Origin: Thermoanaerobaculia bacterium | Lineage (GTDB): Bacteria; Acidobacteriota; Thermoanaerobaculia; Gp7-AA8 | Reading direction: 5' to 3' | Assembly (NCBI GenBank): GCA_041671505.1 | Contig: JBAZBK010000009.1 | Coordinates: 1 to 64,000 of the forward strand | DNA: 64,000 bases | Shown: piece by piece, positions 9,801 through 18,440 of the stretch | How the letters are laid out: every line of letters starts with the position of its first letter | How positions within the stretch are numbered: position 1 is the first letter of the stretch | Translations under genes and position numbers: made by a program | Notes under the pieces: generated by a model | Told to the model about the DNA's origin: nothing | The model's input: the letters and a program-made list of their open reading frames with translations, nothing else | The model's database searches: none

Positions 9801-12800
9801 AGCGCGTCACTGATGCCGACGAGACCGAATGAGGCTGATCCGCCGGCGTTGGAGACAGTGAGAGTAAACGGCTTGCCGATGTCGCCCTGGCGAAACGGAT
9901 CGGCGTGCGATGACGTGACGACGAGGTCGGGCGCGGGGCAGTTGTTGATCAGGACGCTGACCGCGTTGCTGGTTTCGCTCGAGACCGCGAGCTCGTCCCG
10001 TCCGTCGCCGTCGAGGTCGGCGGCTGTGATGCCCACAGGGTGGACGAGCGGCCCGACGACCGAGGCGACGAAGGTTCCGTCCCCGTTGCCGCGCAGGATC
10101 GTCACGTCCTCGGAGTCGGCGCCCACGACGGCGAGATCGGGGATGCCGTCGTCGTTGACGTCGGTCGCGACGAGCGACGACGGATTCGTGCCGGTCGCGA
10201 CGAACGTTGCGCCCGCGAACGTCCCGGCGATGTTTCCGAGCAGGATTGCGACGTCGCCCGAGCCGCTGTTGGCGGTGGCGAGATCCAGCACTCCGTCGCG
10301 GTTGACGTCGGCGGCGATCAGCGCGACGGGCGCGGTGCCCGTGGCGACGGTCGATCCCGGCAGGAACGTTGCGTCGCCGTTTCCGCGAAGCAAAGTGATG
10401 TCGTTCGATCCGAAGTTCGCGACCGCGAGATCGAGGATCCCGTCGCGATCGAAGTCGGCCGCGATGACCGACCTGGGGGAGTCGCCGCAGGCGACGCTCG
10501 TGGCGGCGCCGAAGCTTCCCGAGCCGCTGCCGAGGAGTATCGAGATGTCGTCGGAGCCGGAGTTCGCGACGGCGACGTCGAGCCTCCCGTCGCGGTTGAA
10601 GTCGCCAATCGCCGAGGAGCGCGGCGCGCTTCCCGTGGCGTAGGCGACGGCGGGATCGAAGCTGCCGTCGGCGTTTCCGAGGAGGATCGACACGTCGTTC
10701 GAGGTCTGGTTCGCGACGGCGAGATCGGACGCGCCGTCGCCGTCGAGGTCGGCGACCTGGACGCTCCGCGGCACGGTGCCGGCGGCGTAGCTCGTCGGGG
10801 GCTGGAGCGTTCCGTCGCCTCGCCCGAAAGCGATCGAGACGTTGTTCGAACCGCGGTTCGCGGTGACGACGTCGGTCGCTCCGTCGGCATTGAAGTCGCC
10901 GGTCGCGATGCCGTCAGGAATACTGCCGACTGCATACATCGCTCCGGACTCGAGCGAGCCGCAGTTCATCTTGCATGCGCCCAAGTTCCGAAGGATCGTC
11001 AGAGAGGTGGCGCCCGCGGGCGCGACGATGAGGTCGGCCGAACCGTTGCGATCGACGTCGGCTGCGACGAGCTGCGACGGAAGCCATCCCGTCTCCCAGA
11101 CGCTCTGCGAGCCGAACGATCCGTCTGCCTGACCTAACAGCACGGTCACGGTGGAATCGTCTTCGCTCGAGACCGCGAGATCGGGGTGGCCGTCGTCGTC
11201 GACGTCGACGATCGCGACGGACGACGGGCCCTTGCCGACGGGGTAGGCGACCGCGGGACGGAACGTTCCGTCGCCGTTGCCGGTCAGTACCGACACGTCG
11301 TTCGAGCCGTTGCCGGTCGCCGCGAGGTCGAGGATGCCGTCGCCATCGACGTCTCCGAGCGCCACCGACGAGGTTCTCGTGCCTGCCGGATACGAGACGC
11401 CAGGCTGGAAGGTGCCATTGCCGTTTCCGAGAAGCACGACGAGCTGGTTCGCGTTGAACGCCGCGACGGCGAGGTCGGTTCTGCCGTCGTGGTTGAAATC
11501 TCCGGCCGCGAGCCAGTGCGGGCCGGAGGCGACGGCAACGCTGACGGGAGCGGCGAAGGAACCGTCACCGAGACCGCGAAGGATCGAGACGCTCGACGAA
11601 CCGTTGTTCGCGACGGCGAGGTCGACTTGGCCGTCCGCGTCGAAGTCGCCGGTTGCGATTGCGAACGGATTGGAGCCGCTCTGGAACTGCATGGCGGCGG
11701 AGAAGCTCCCGTTGCCGAGGCCGAGGTGCACCGACACCTGGCTTCCTCCCGCGTTCGCGATCGCGAGATCGAGCTTGCCGTCCCGGTTGAAATCGGCCGT
11801 CGCCACGGCCACGGGGGCGCTGCCGCCGACGAGGTTGGAGCCGATGCTGAACCCTCCGTCGTTGCGCCCGAGCAGGATCAGCGTCGTCGCGCTGTTCGCG
11901 GAGACGGAGGCGATGTCCATCGTGCCGTTCCGATCGAAATCTCCGAGCGCGATGCCGGTCGCCTCTCCGTACCAGCTCGGCGAGTAGTAACGGATGAATT
12001 TGGGACAGACCGTCACCGGCGGAGACTTCACCACGGTGACGGGGAGAAGCACGGTATGCCCCGCCTGACTGCTCCCCGCGCCGATCATCGCCGTCGCGCT
12101 GCTGCCCGCGTAGTACCCCGCGCTTGCGCTCGCGGTCAGGGTGAGCGTCGACGACGTCGTGGCGGGGTTCGGCGTGAACGATGCGGTCACGTAGGGCGGA
12201 AGGCTGGACGCCGAGAGTTGCACCGGCTCGCTGAAGCCTCCGGTCGGCGCGATCGCGATCTCGACGCTCACTGATTGACCGGCGATGACGGTCGCGACGG
12301 CGGGGTTCGTCGAGAGCGAAAAGTCGGCGCCTGCCGGGACGCCGAGCACCTTCGCGGCGTTGAGCCTGCCTCCGGTGATCGTCTTGCCGGCGAGGGCGGG
12401 GATCGGATCGACTCCGGAGAGAATCGCCTGCTTCACCTCGGCCGTGGTGAGGGTCGGGCTCTTCGAAAGCAGGAGCGCGGCGACGCCGGAAACGTGAGGC
12501 GCCGCCATCGACGTCCCGCTCAGGGACGTGTAGCCGCCGTAGGAATAGGTCGAGACGATGTTGGCTCCCGGGGCTCCGAGGTGGACGGTGTTGGGGCCGT
12601 AATTCGAAAACGCCGCGAGCCGGTCGCGATAGTCGGTCGCCGCGACCGTGATCACGTTAGGCGACGCGTAGCCCGCCGGATAGGTCGGCCAGGATTCGAT
12701 GTTGATGCTGTCGTTGCCCGCGGATGCGACGAAGAGGATGTCGTGCTCGTTCGCCTTGAGGATCTCGTCGAGCAGCGCCTTCGAGAACGCCTCTCCGCCC

Positions 12801-13651
12801 CAGCTGTTGTTGAGGACGCGAACGTTCACGCCTTCGATCTTCGCCTGGATCGCGAAGTCGATCGCGGCGATCGCGTCGGCGATCCAGCCGCCGTCGGCGT
12901 TCATGAACTTGAGCGGCATGATCGTCGTGGTCCAGTTCACGCCGGTCACCCCGAGTGCGTTGTTGCCGACCGCTCCGATCGTCCCGGCGACATGCGTCCC
13001 GTGGAAGCTGTCGAACGGTTTCGGGTCGCAGGTCCGGGTGATGGCGTCGAATCCGTGCGTGCCGGCGGCGCAGTTCGGGTCTCCGACGCCTCCGGGGTTG
13101 GACCAGATGTTCGCCGCCAGGTCGGGATGCGTGTAGTCGACGCCCGTGTCGACGACGCCGACGACGATGCCGGCCGAGCCGGTCGTCACGTCCCAGGCTG
13201 CTTCGGCGTTGATGTCGATCCCTGCGATGCCAGTCTCGTAGTAGCCGACGAGTTGACCCGTGTTGCGGAGCGCCCAGAGCTCGGAGTACTTCGTGTCGGC
13301 TGGAACCGCATTGCGGCGGATGATGTAGTTAGGCTCGACGTAGACGACGTTCGGGTTGTGCTCGAGCGCCCTGACGAGTGCCTCGGTGTTCTTCGAGCGC
13401 GAGCGGAATCGCCTGATCGTTCCCGACGTGACCTCCGCGAGCTTGTCGTCCTTGTCGATGTCGGCGCCTTGATGCGCAGCCGCGACTGCGGACGCCGGAG
13501 TCCCCGGCCGGAACTTCACGATCACCTCGCCAGGGGCCGATTCACCGGTCGGTTTGGCCGCCGCGGCGAGGGCCGTCCAGGGCATGAGGACGAGCCCGAT
13601 GACGGAGAAACGAACCAGTGCCTTCAAGGTGTGGCGCATCGCGATTTTCAA
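6857..13651 (-). CDS. Giant secreted S8 subtilisin-family serine protease (2264 aa) with FG-GAP/VCBS beta-propeller repeats, DUF11 repeats, an FN3 domain and the C-terminal HxxELR triple repeat.
   Basis: TTG start at 13651 with a GGAG Shine-Dalgarno sequence, and an alternative ATG at 13639. The signal peptide is MRHTLKALVRFSVIGLVLMPWTALAAAA. The S8 catalytic triad motifs are VGVVDTGVDYTHPDL (Asp), HGTHVAGTIGA (His) and GTSMAAPHVSGVAALL (Ser). There are many FG-GAP-type units such as GDFDADGQVDLAVAN and ADFNRDGKLDLAIAN. DUF11 units follow, for example LAVTKSHTG..YTIVARNAG..VTDVLPDALTATAMSGSGWTCDV. The C-terminus reads GVHLVELRNAV / AIHITELRARL / GVHIQELRDAVK. Confidence 0.85.
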   Translation of the reverse strand: MKIAMRHTLKALVRFSVIGLVLMPWTALAAAAKPTGESAPGEVIVKFRPGTPASAVAAAHQGADIDKDDKLAEVTSGTIRRFRSRSKNTEALVRALEHNPNVVYVEPNYIIRRNAVPADTKYSELWALRNTGQLVGYYETGIAGIDINAEAAWDVTTGSAGIVVGVVDTGVDYTHPDLAANIWSNPGGVGDPNCAAGTHGFDAITRTCDPKPFDSFHGTHVAGTIGAVGNNALGVTGVNWTTTIMPLKFMNADGGWIADAIAAIDFAIQAKIEGVNVRVLNNSWGGEAFSKALLDEILKANEHDILFVASAGNDSINIESWPTYPAGYASPNVITVAATDYRDRLAAFSNYGPNTVHLGAPGANIVSTYSYGGYTSLSGTSMAAPHVSGVAALLLSKSPTLTTAEVKQAILSGVDPIPALAGKTITGGRLNAAKVLGVPAGADFSLSTNPAVATVIAGQSVSVEIAIAPTGGFSEPVQLSASSLPPYVTASFTPNPATTSSTLTLTASASAGYYAGSSATAMIGAGSSQAGHTVLLPVTVVKSPPVTVCPKFIRYYSPSWYGEATGIALGDFDRNGTMDIASVSANSATTLILLGRNDGGFSIGSNLVGGSAPVAVATADFNRDGKLDLAIANAGGSQVSVHLGLGNGSFSAAMQFQSGSNPFAIATGDFDADGQVDLAVANNGSSSVSILRGLGDGSFAAPVSVAVASGPHWLAAGDFNHDGRTDLAVAAFNANQLVVLLGNGNGTFQPGVSYPAGTRTSSVALGDVDGDGILDLAATGNGSNDVSVLTGNGDGTFRPAVAYPVGKGPSSVAIVDVDDDGHPDLAVSSEDDSTVTVLLGQADGSFGSQSVWETGWLPSQLVAADVDRNGSADLIVAPAGATSLTILRNLGACKMNCGSLESGAMYAVGSIPDGIATGDFNADGATDVVTANRGSNNVSIAFGRGDGTLQPPTSYAAGTVPRSVQVADLDGDGASDLAVANQTSNDVSILLGNADGSFDPAVAYATGSAPRSSAIGDFNRDGRLDVAVANSGSDDISILLGSGSGSFGAATSVACGDSPRSVIAADFDRDGILDLAVANFGSNDITLLRGNGDATFLPGSTVATGTAPVALIAADVNRDGVLDLATANSGSGDVAILLGNIAGTFAGATFVATGTNPSSLVATDVNDDGIPDLAVVGADSEDVTILRGNGDGTFVASVVGPLVHPVGITAADLDGDGRDELAVSSETSNAVSVLINNCPAPDLVVTSSHADPFRQGDIGKPFTLTVSNAGGSASFGLVGISDALPRGLWATSIAGTGWDCALNTLTCLRSDSLGAGASYPPITLTVSVASAAPATLTNGATVTGGGEIDKTNDSTADVVTVTQDPDLVIEITRPNPFAQGETGQKYSIDVRNAGGAATSGAVTVTDALSTGLTATAIGGSGWNCNLGALSCSRSDALGSGASYPPISLTVNVAASAPVEVLNLASVSGGGELNLANSSAANRTAVWSSTACHQYGSGVAFLLGGGSTGTIAVGDFNGDTIPDIVGTPSYEGLAVLIGRGTGDFEPAVKSFDAVSFNSLTAVDLNRDSVLDLLALSFSSDSLSELIGAGDGSFVLRGTQAISDPQRMAIGDFNGDGFPDVAVIPGSGAKLSLFIGTGDGSMFAPFDVETLVNPSDIVSGDFDGDRIIDLAVSSALGDTLQLLRGIGDGTFHAPVVYSVGARPQRLAVSDLDDDGDLDLVASCSTSNYYESLVSVMLGRGDGTLTPATLWPAPSYSPFQVVIEDMNSDGDADIVLKSGYLQGNGDGSFLPYTTLPNSYGSGGLVVADLDRDGSQDIVMGSDGYAYTYLGSCIDLAVTKSHTGSLHGGQTGATYTIVARNAGTRPSRGAVTVTDVLPDALTATAMSGSGWTCDVASTTCTRGDILAPGAQFPSITLTVDVSNTTSWSVTNVAKLSGGGDANSTNNSWSDYTGILRHQDLVVSMSYFPTLSAGSTNVTFYAEVRNAGDEPTSGSVTFSLSVAPGLTLTGLSGTGWSCNTASATCTRSDSLGGSTYYPSLSAAVSVAENCPSPATSVATVSGGGDTSPDNNTDSMTSVVLTRPANFIARASGPNSALLTWSAIPNASGYEIARSTANGSFATLARVNSTSYTNYNLASTELYRYRVRAYHLDYSSTGPFSVIDSVLSSLSFTDDPVVAGTTVTRGVHLVELRNAVGRMRNAAGLASVTWTDPTLVGVPIKAIHITELRARLNEACSALGMPTQTFTDPTLTPGTPMKGVHIQELRDAVK

Positions 13652-13939
13652 CTTTCTCCGGCGTGGAAGCAGTTCCGGATTCCGTAGTCATTCGGCCCGG
13701 AGCTCACGCGTAAAGGAACTGGATCGCGCCTGCTGGTTCGAAACGGGATCCTGCGGGGGTCGGGGCCGCCGACATTACAGACGAACTGCGCGCCAAATTC
13801 CGGTGACGCGAGTCACCTGGGAGTGAAGCAACGCCTGCGGCCGGGCTGGCTGGAGACGACGCCCGCGATCGGGGTGTCCGTACGCGCGGCCCGAGGCGCT
13901 GACTTCGTTGAGCTTCTCGCTGCTGGTCACGACGATCGT

Positions 13940-14011
13940 TCCGGGCGAACGCTCGTCGGCGCTCGGCACCCACTCCGCCACGTCCTGGTACTTCGCGGAG
14001 GGGTGCAGTAG
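13940..14011 (+). pseudogene. Remnant of the 3' end of a third metalloprotease paralog (C-terminal HxxxLRGGVQ plus stop).
   Basis: The sequence cttcgcggaggggtgcagtag is identical over 21 nt to the last codons of the 4455..6770 gene. Upstream translation RSGRTLVGARHPLRHVLVLRGGVQ aligns with TASSTLVKAAHVNDLRGGVQ. No intact ORF lies upstream. Confidence 0.3.
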
Positions 14012-14071
14012 GTCACCTCGCGCAAAATCTCGAGTCGAGCCGGGGGGGCGGTTTGTCCGGCCGTCAGGCTC

Positions 14072-16417
14072 CTACGCCTTCTCGTCCTCCGTGATCGTCA
14101 GGGTTGTTGCGGCGGGCGTGGAGAACGGCTTTCCCGTCAGTTTTTCCAGTAGGGCGACGCCGAAGAATCCGTCCATCACGCCACCCTTATCGCTCCCGCC
14201 GCCGATGACGAGGTTCTCCGGAATCAGTTTCAGGTGATTGGCTGCGATCTTTTCGACGACGCGGATCTGACCGAAGATCTCCTTGCTCATCGCCGCGACT
14301 TCCAGCTTGTAGGCCTCGGCGGTCGACTTGCCTTTGGCGAGGATGACTCCCGCTTCCGCGGTTCCGACCTTCGTCGTCGCTTCGGCATTGGCTTCCGCGT
14401 TCACCTTGGTGGCCGCGGCGTTTGCGCGTGCCGTGATCTCGACCGCTTCCGCGGCGCCCGACGCGTGAAGAATCGCCGCCTGCTTCGAGCCTTCGGCTGC
14501 CTTGACCGTGCCTTCCGCGATGTTCTTCTGGATCTCGACGTTTCGCTCCGACTCGACGACCTTGACCTGCATCGCGGCCTGGGCCTTCGCATTCTCGAGC
14601 GTCCGCCGCTCGTCCTGCGCTTCCTTCTGCATCGCGAAGGTCTTCTTCTCCTGCTCGGCGATCTGGCGGTCGGTGACCGTCTTCGTCAGCTCGGCCGGTA
14701 GGACGACGTCGGCGATCAACGTGTCCTTCGAATCGATGTGATGGACCTTGAGCACGGAGTCGATGTGCGCCTTTGCCGTCGCCTGCAATTCCTTGCGCTG
14801 CGTGTAGAGGTCGAGCGCCTTGATGTACTGGGCGGCATTGCGGAAGTGCGAGCTGATCGCCGGCTCGAGGACCTGCGAGATCATGTTCTTCACGGAACCG
14901 AGGTTCGCGATCACCTTCGGCGCGTTCTTGACCGGGATGTGGATGATCACGCTGACGTCCATGTTGACGTTGAACGCGTCGGCGGTGCGGAGCGTGATCG
15001 TCTTCAGGTTCGAGTCGAGCTCGTGCGCGCTCGATCGATTGTCGGCCCAGTTGAGCAGGATCTGCGTCGTCGGCACGATGTCGACCTTGCAGATCTTCGT
15101 GTTGAGCGGGTGTTTGCCCGGCTGCAGCGGATCGGCCCAGATGCCCTTGCTCCCGTTGGCGACGATCTTGGCGTTCACGGCGTCGTCGGTCGTGTCCGCT
15201 CCTTCCGGGCCGACGTAGCTCGTGACGACGCCGCAGTACCCGATGTCGACGCGAATCATGTCGACCTTCTCGATCGTCGCGAACCAGGGATTGATCGCGT
15301 AGTTGCCGGCGCGGAGCACCGGGATCTGGAGACCCTTCTGTCCGCCTCCCTTGAGGAAGGCGTCGGGGTCCTGGAAGTTGTTGTGCACGCCGAGTGGCAG
15401 CTCCTCCGCGGCGATCTTCGACGGATCGACGATCGGCTTGCCTTCGTTGATCGTTACGATGCCGACCTGGTCGGCGTCGATGTGCGTCCAGTCGACGATG
15501 TCGATGACCTTGAAGAGCGCCGGATTGAGGCGATAGCGCCCCGGCATGAGCACGTCGAGCTGACGTCCCTTTTCTCCACCGCACCTGATGAAGGCCTCAC
15601 CATCGAAGAAGTTCTTGTGGCCGTCCACCTTGGCGGCGAGGAGGCGCCCCTCGGGGATCCTCGCTCCATCGGTGGCTTCCACGAGGCCGACCTTGCCGCC
15701 GGGGATTTCGGTCATCGGCCGCTTCTCGACTTTGAAGAGAATCGTATTGACCCGGTAGAGGCCGGGAACGAGGAAGAAGAGTTGAGGCCCCTTCTGGCCT
15801 CCGTTCTTGATGAAGGCCTCGGCGTTCTGGAAGCTGTCGCACTCAACGGGAGAGCCGAAGTTGCCCCCTTCACGCGACACCGGCTTTCCGGCGATCGATT
15901 CGACGTAGCCGACCTCGTTGTCTTCGATCATGACGGCCGGGACGATGGCGACCTCGAACAGGTGCGGGTTGATCTTGTACTCGCCGTCGGGGAGGATCGC
16001 GAGCTGCGGTCCCTTTTCGCCGCCGCCGCTCAGAAACTTCTCCCCGTCCTGGAAGAGATCGCAGACGATCGGCCTGGCCATGATGGCGCCCGATGGCATC
16101 GGCGCGCCGGTGATCGCCCGCACGACTCCGACGTGGTTAGGCTTGATGACCAGGAACGGATGCTTCTTGGTCTTGTAGATGAACGGGGCGAGAAGGTGGA
16201 AGCCGGGCCCGAGTACGCGCGCCTGCACGCCGACCTCGTTGCGGAGCGCGACGGTGCGCCCGTCCGGCATCTGCCTGCCGAACCAGCGCCGCTCCACGGT
16301 GATGATCTGATCGCCCTTTGCGATGGTGAACGAATTGAGGAGCATCACGAGCACGACGATCGCCAGGAGTATCTGGGCGACGCCTCCGGTCAGGAACGGC
16401 ACGACGGATTCCAGCAT
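14072..16417 (-). CDS. Flotillin/SPFH (band-7, YqiK-like) membrane protein with four N-terminal tandem repeats of roughly 70 aa.
   Basis: ATG 16417 carries an AAAGGGGAAG Shine-Dalgarno sequence. There is an N-terminal transmembrane helix (VAQILLAIVVLVMLLN). Four repeats follow with the form F(Q/F)DxEAFxxGGxKGxQxxxLxPGxYxxNPxxFxV. The C-terminal half is SPFH/flotillin-like with a coiled-coil Ala/Glu/Lys-rich region (AEQEKKTFAMQKEAQDERRTLENAKAQAAMQVKV...). Confidence 0.8.
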   Translation of the reverse strand: MLESVVPFLTGGVAQILLAIVVLVMLLNSFTIAKGDQIITVERRWFGRQMPDGRTVALRNEVGVQARVLGPGFHLLAPFIYKTKKHPFLVIKPNHVGVVRAITGAPMPSGAIMARPIVCDLFQDGEKFLSGGGEKGPQLAILPDGEYKINPHLFEVAIVPAVMIEDNEVGYVESIAGKPVSREGGNFGSPVECDSFQNAEAFIKNGGQKGPQLFFLVPGLYRVNTILFKVEKRPMTEIPGGKVGLVEATDGARIPEGRLLAAKVDGHKNFFDGEAFIRCGGEKGRQLDVLMPGRYRLNPALFKVIDIVDWTHIDADQVGIVTINEGKPIVDPSKIAAEELPLGVHNNFQDPDAFLKGGGQKGLQIPVLRAGNYAINPWFATIEKVDMIRVDIGYCGVVTSYVGPEGADTTDDAVNAKIVANGSKGIWADPLQPGKHPLNTKICKVDIVPTTQILLNWADNRSSAHELDSNLKTITLRTADAFNVNMDVSVIIHIPVKNAPKVIANLGSVKNMISQVLEPAISSHFRNAAQYIKALDLYTQRKELQATAKAHIDSVLKVHHIDSKDTLIADVVLPAELTKTVTDRQIAEQEKKTFAMQKEAQDERRTLENAKAQAAMQVKVVESERNVEIQKNIAEGTVKAAEGSKQAAILHASGAAEAVEITARANAAATKVNAEANAEATTKVGTAEAGVILAKGKSTAEAYKLEVAAMSKEIFGQIRVVEKIAANHLKLIPENLVIGGGSDKGGVMDGFFGVALLEKLTGKPFSTPAATTLTITEDEKA

Positions 16418-16539
16418 TACTTCCCCTTTCGTTTGACGGCCAGGATCGCAGCAGGCCTTACGTTATCGCATTCCGCTGGATCTCTCACCTCTCAGCGTCG
16501 CGACGGGGAATCGTGAAATCCGGCGGCGCTAAGTCGCTC

Positions 16540-16959
16540 CTAGAACTTGGGCCGATCCGCCGGGCTTGCGGGACTCTTTGGGTCTGGCAGTACAGGTGGG
16601 AACGAGATCACGTCGATCTCGTCGGCGTAGTAGCGGTCGTCGCGGTACCAGCCCTTGATGACGATCTCCGCTCCGGTGATCTCTTCCCAGGAGCGGAGGT
16701 TCTTACCCCCGCCGCTGTTGGTGAAGATCGTCTGCTCGTCGATCCAGACCGCCGCGGCGACGGAACGCTTCGCGCCGTCGACGGTTCTGGTCTGGACGCG
16801 GAGTGTCCCGAAGTTCGAATCGATGCTCCTCACGACGGCGCGCACGGTCGAAGGCTTGTCGGGCTCTCCGCCGAGAGGGTTGAGGATCTCCACTCGATCT
16901 GCGCTGCTGCAACCCTGCAGCGCGAGGGTGATGAGGAGGGCGAAGAGCGGGTTTCTCAT
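16540..16959 (-). CDS. Small lipoprotein of unknown function.
   Basis: ATG 16959 carries a GGGAG Shine-Dalgarno sequence. The lipoprotein signal is MRNPLFALLITLALQGCSS. The protein is 139 aa. The longer track ORF 16540..17385 has an Arg-rich N-terminal extension that is unlikely to be real. Confidence 0.6.
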   Translation of the reverse strand: MRNPLFALLITLALQGCSSADRVEILNPLGGEPDKPSTVRAVVRSIDSNFGTLRVQTRTVDGAKRSVAAAVWIDEQTIFTNSGGGKNLRSWEEITGAEIVIKGWYRDDRYYADEIDVISFPPVLPDPKSPASPADRPKF

Positions 16960-17411
16960 GATGGCTCCCTCGACGGAGTATGCGGCCAGCCGCCCGGTGC
17001 GGCGCGGCTGCAGAATCATGGTTCCCGCGGCGTCCCGTGGGCGACCTAACCTCGACGGCCGGTCCGCAACGAGGCGTTTCGACGATTGTACCAGCGGCAG
17101 GGCCCGTGCCGTGCCGCGTCGCCGACGGTCACCGGACGAGCCAGTCACCCGTTGCACGCCGTCGTCGGTGACGGGGAGCATGCCGAACGTGTGCGCAACT
17201 ACGTCGGCGGCGACGGGCTGGGACCTGGGACGGTGCGTGCGATCGTGTTCGACCGTCACGGGCGCGCGTGGATCGGCCGGCAGAGCCAGGGGGCGCGAGC
17301 GTCTCCGCCCCCCGTGCTCGCGTGCAGCATAGGCGGTGAGGCCTGGCGCGCCGTGTACACCCCCGACCGACACGGAAGCTGCCACGCAGCCGCTGGTATC
17401 ATGCGCGCGAA

Positions 17412-18440
17412 ATGCGACGAACGAATCAGCCTGCGATCGTCTCCTGCGTGATGCTGCTCCTCGGTTTGATCTGTTACGACGAGACCGAGTCGGCGGCCGC
17501 CACGCTCAAGGATCAGCGCATGGCGATGGGCTCGCGTTTCGAGATCACCGCCGTGCACCCCGATGCGAAACAATGCCAGGCGGCAATCGACGCGGCCTAC
17601 GCCGAGATCGAACGGATCGAGGCGGTGATCTCCGAGTGGCGCGAGACCTCGACGGTCAGCGAGATCAATCGCAATGCGGGAGTCGAACCGGTCGTCGTGT
17701 CGCGCGAGCTCTTCAACCTCACGCGGCGGTCGTTGCGCGTCTCGAGTCTCACCGATGGCGCATTCGACATTACCTTCCACACCGTCGGCCGCCTCTGGAA
17801 CTTCAAATCGCGGACGTCTCCGATTCCTGACGACGCGTCGATCAAGCGGGCCTTGAAGGACACCGGCTATCAGCACGTCATTCTCGACGAGTCCAGGCTC
17901 ACGATCTATCTCGATCGCAAGGAGACCCGCATCGGCTACGGGGGCATCGGTCAGGGTTACGGTGCGAATCGAGCAGTGTTCGTCCTGAAGGAGTACGGGG
18001 TCACCGGGGGCGTGGTCAACGGCAGCGGCGACCTCGTTCTGTTCGGCAAACAGGAGAACGGCAAACCGTGGCGAGTAGGCATCGCGAATCCGCTCGACAG
18101 GAACAAGGTTTTCGCCTGGCTCGATGCGACCGAGCAGGCGGTGGTGACGTCGGGTGACTACGAGAACTACATCGAGTTCGAGGGGAAGCGATACTCGCAC
18201 ATCCTCGATCCCCGGACCGGCTATCCGGCCAGGGAAGTGCGCAGCGTCACGATCGTGTGTGCGGATGGGGAATTGGCGGACGCTCTCGCCACCGGTGTGT
18301 CAGTATTGGGCGTCGATGCGGGGCTGAAGCTGATCAATCGGCTTCGCGGTGTCGAGGCGATGCTCGTGGACGAGAGTGGAGCGGTCCATTTCTCGGACGG
18401 TCTCGAGGCGATGTTGACGAAGACAGGTGTCGAGAAATGA
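17412..18440 (+). CDS. apbE: FAD:protein FMN transferase (ApbE family).
   Basis: ApbE-family hallmarks include MGSRFEIT near the N-terminus, the flavin-binding region GIGQGYGANRAVFVLKEYGVTGGVVNGSGDLV, and C-terminal TSGDYENYIEFEGKRYSHILDPRTGYP. Confidence 0.85.
   Translation: MRRTNQPAIVSCVMLLLGLICYDETESAAATLKDQRMAMGSRFEITAVHPDAKQCQAAIDAAYAEIERIEAVISEWRETSTVSEINRNAGVEPVVVSRELFNLTRRSLRVSSLTDGAFDITFHTVGRLWNFKSRTSPIPDDASIKRALKDTGYQHVILDESRLTIYLDRKETRIGYGGIGQGYGANRAVFVLKEYGVTGGVVNGSGDLVLFGKQENGKPWRVGIANPLDRNKVFAWLDATEQAVVTSGDYENYIEFEGKRYSHILDPRTGYPAREVRSVTIVCADGELADALATGVSVLGVDAGLKLINRLRGVEAMLVDESGAVHFSDGLEAMLTKTGVEK

Noticed and set aside
7793-13687. Long plus-strand ORFs (8546..9832, 10040..11137, 11186..12274, 12275..13687 and others) inside the subtilase gene.
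   Set aside because: They are antisense to a strongly supported 2264-aa gene. Their Arg/Asp/Gly-rich, low-complexity products are typical of open antisense frames in high-GC DNA.
14187-16516. ORF 14187..15584 (-, other frame) and 14738..16516 (+) overlapping the flotillin gene.
   Set aside because: Both are extremely Arg/Asp-rich frame artefacts. The flotillin frame has a transmembrane helix, repeats and an SPFH domain.
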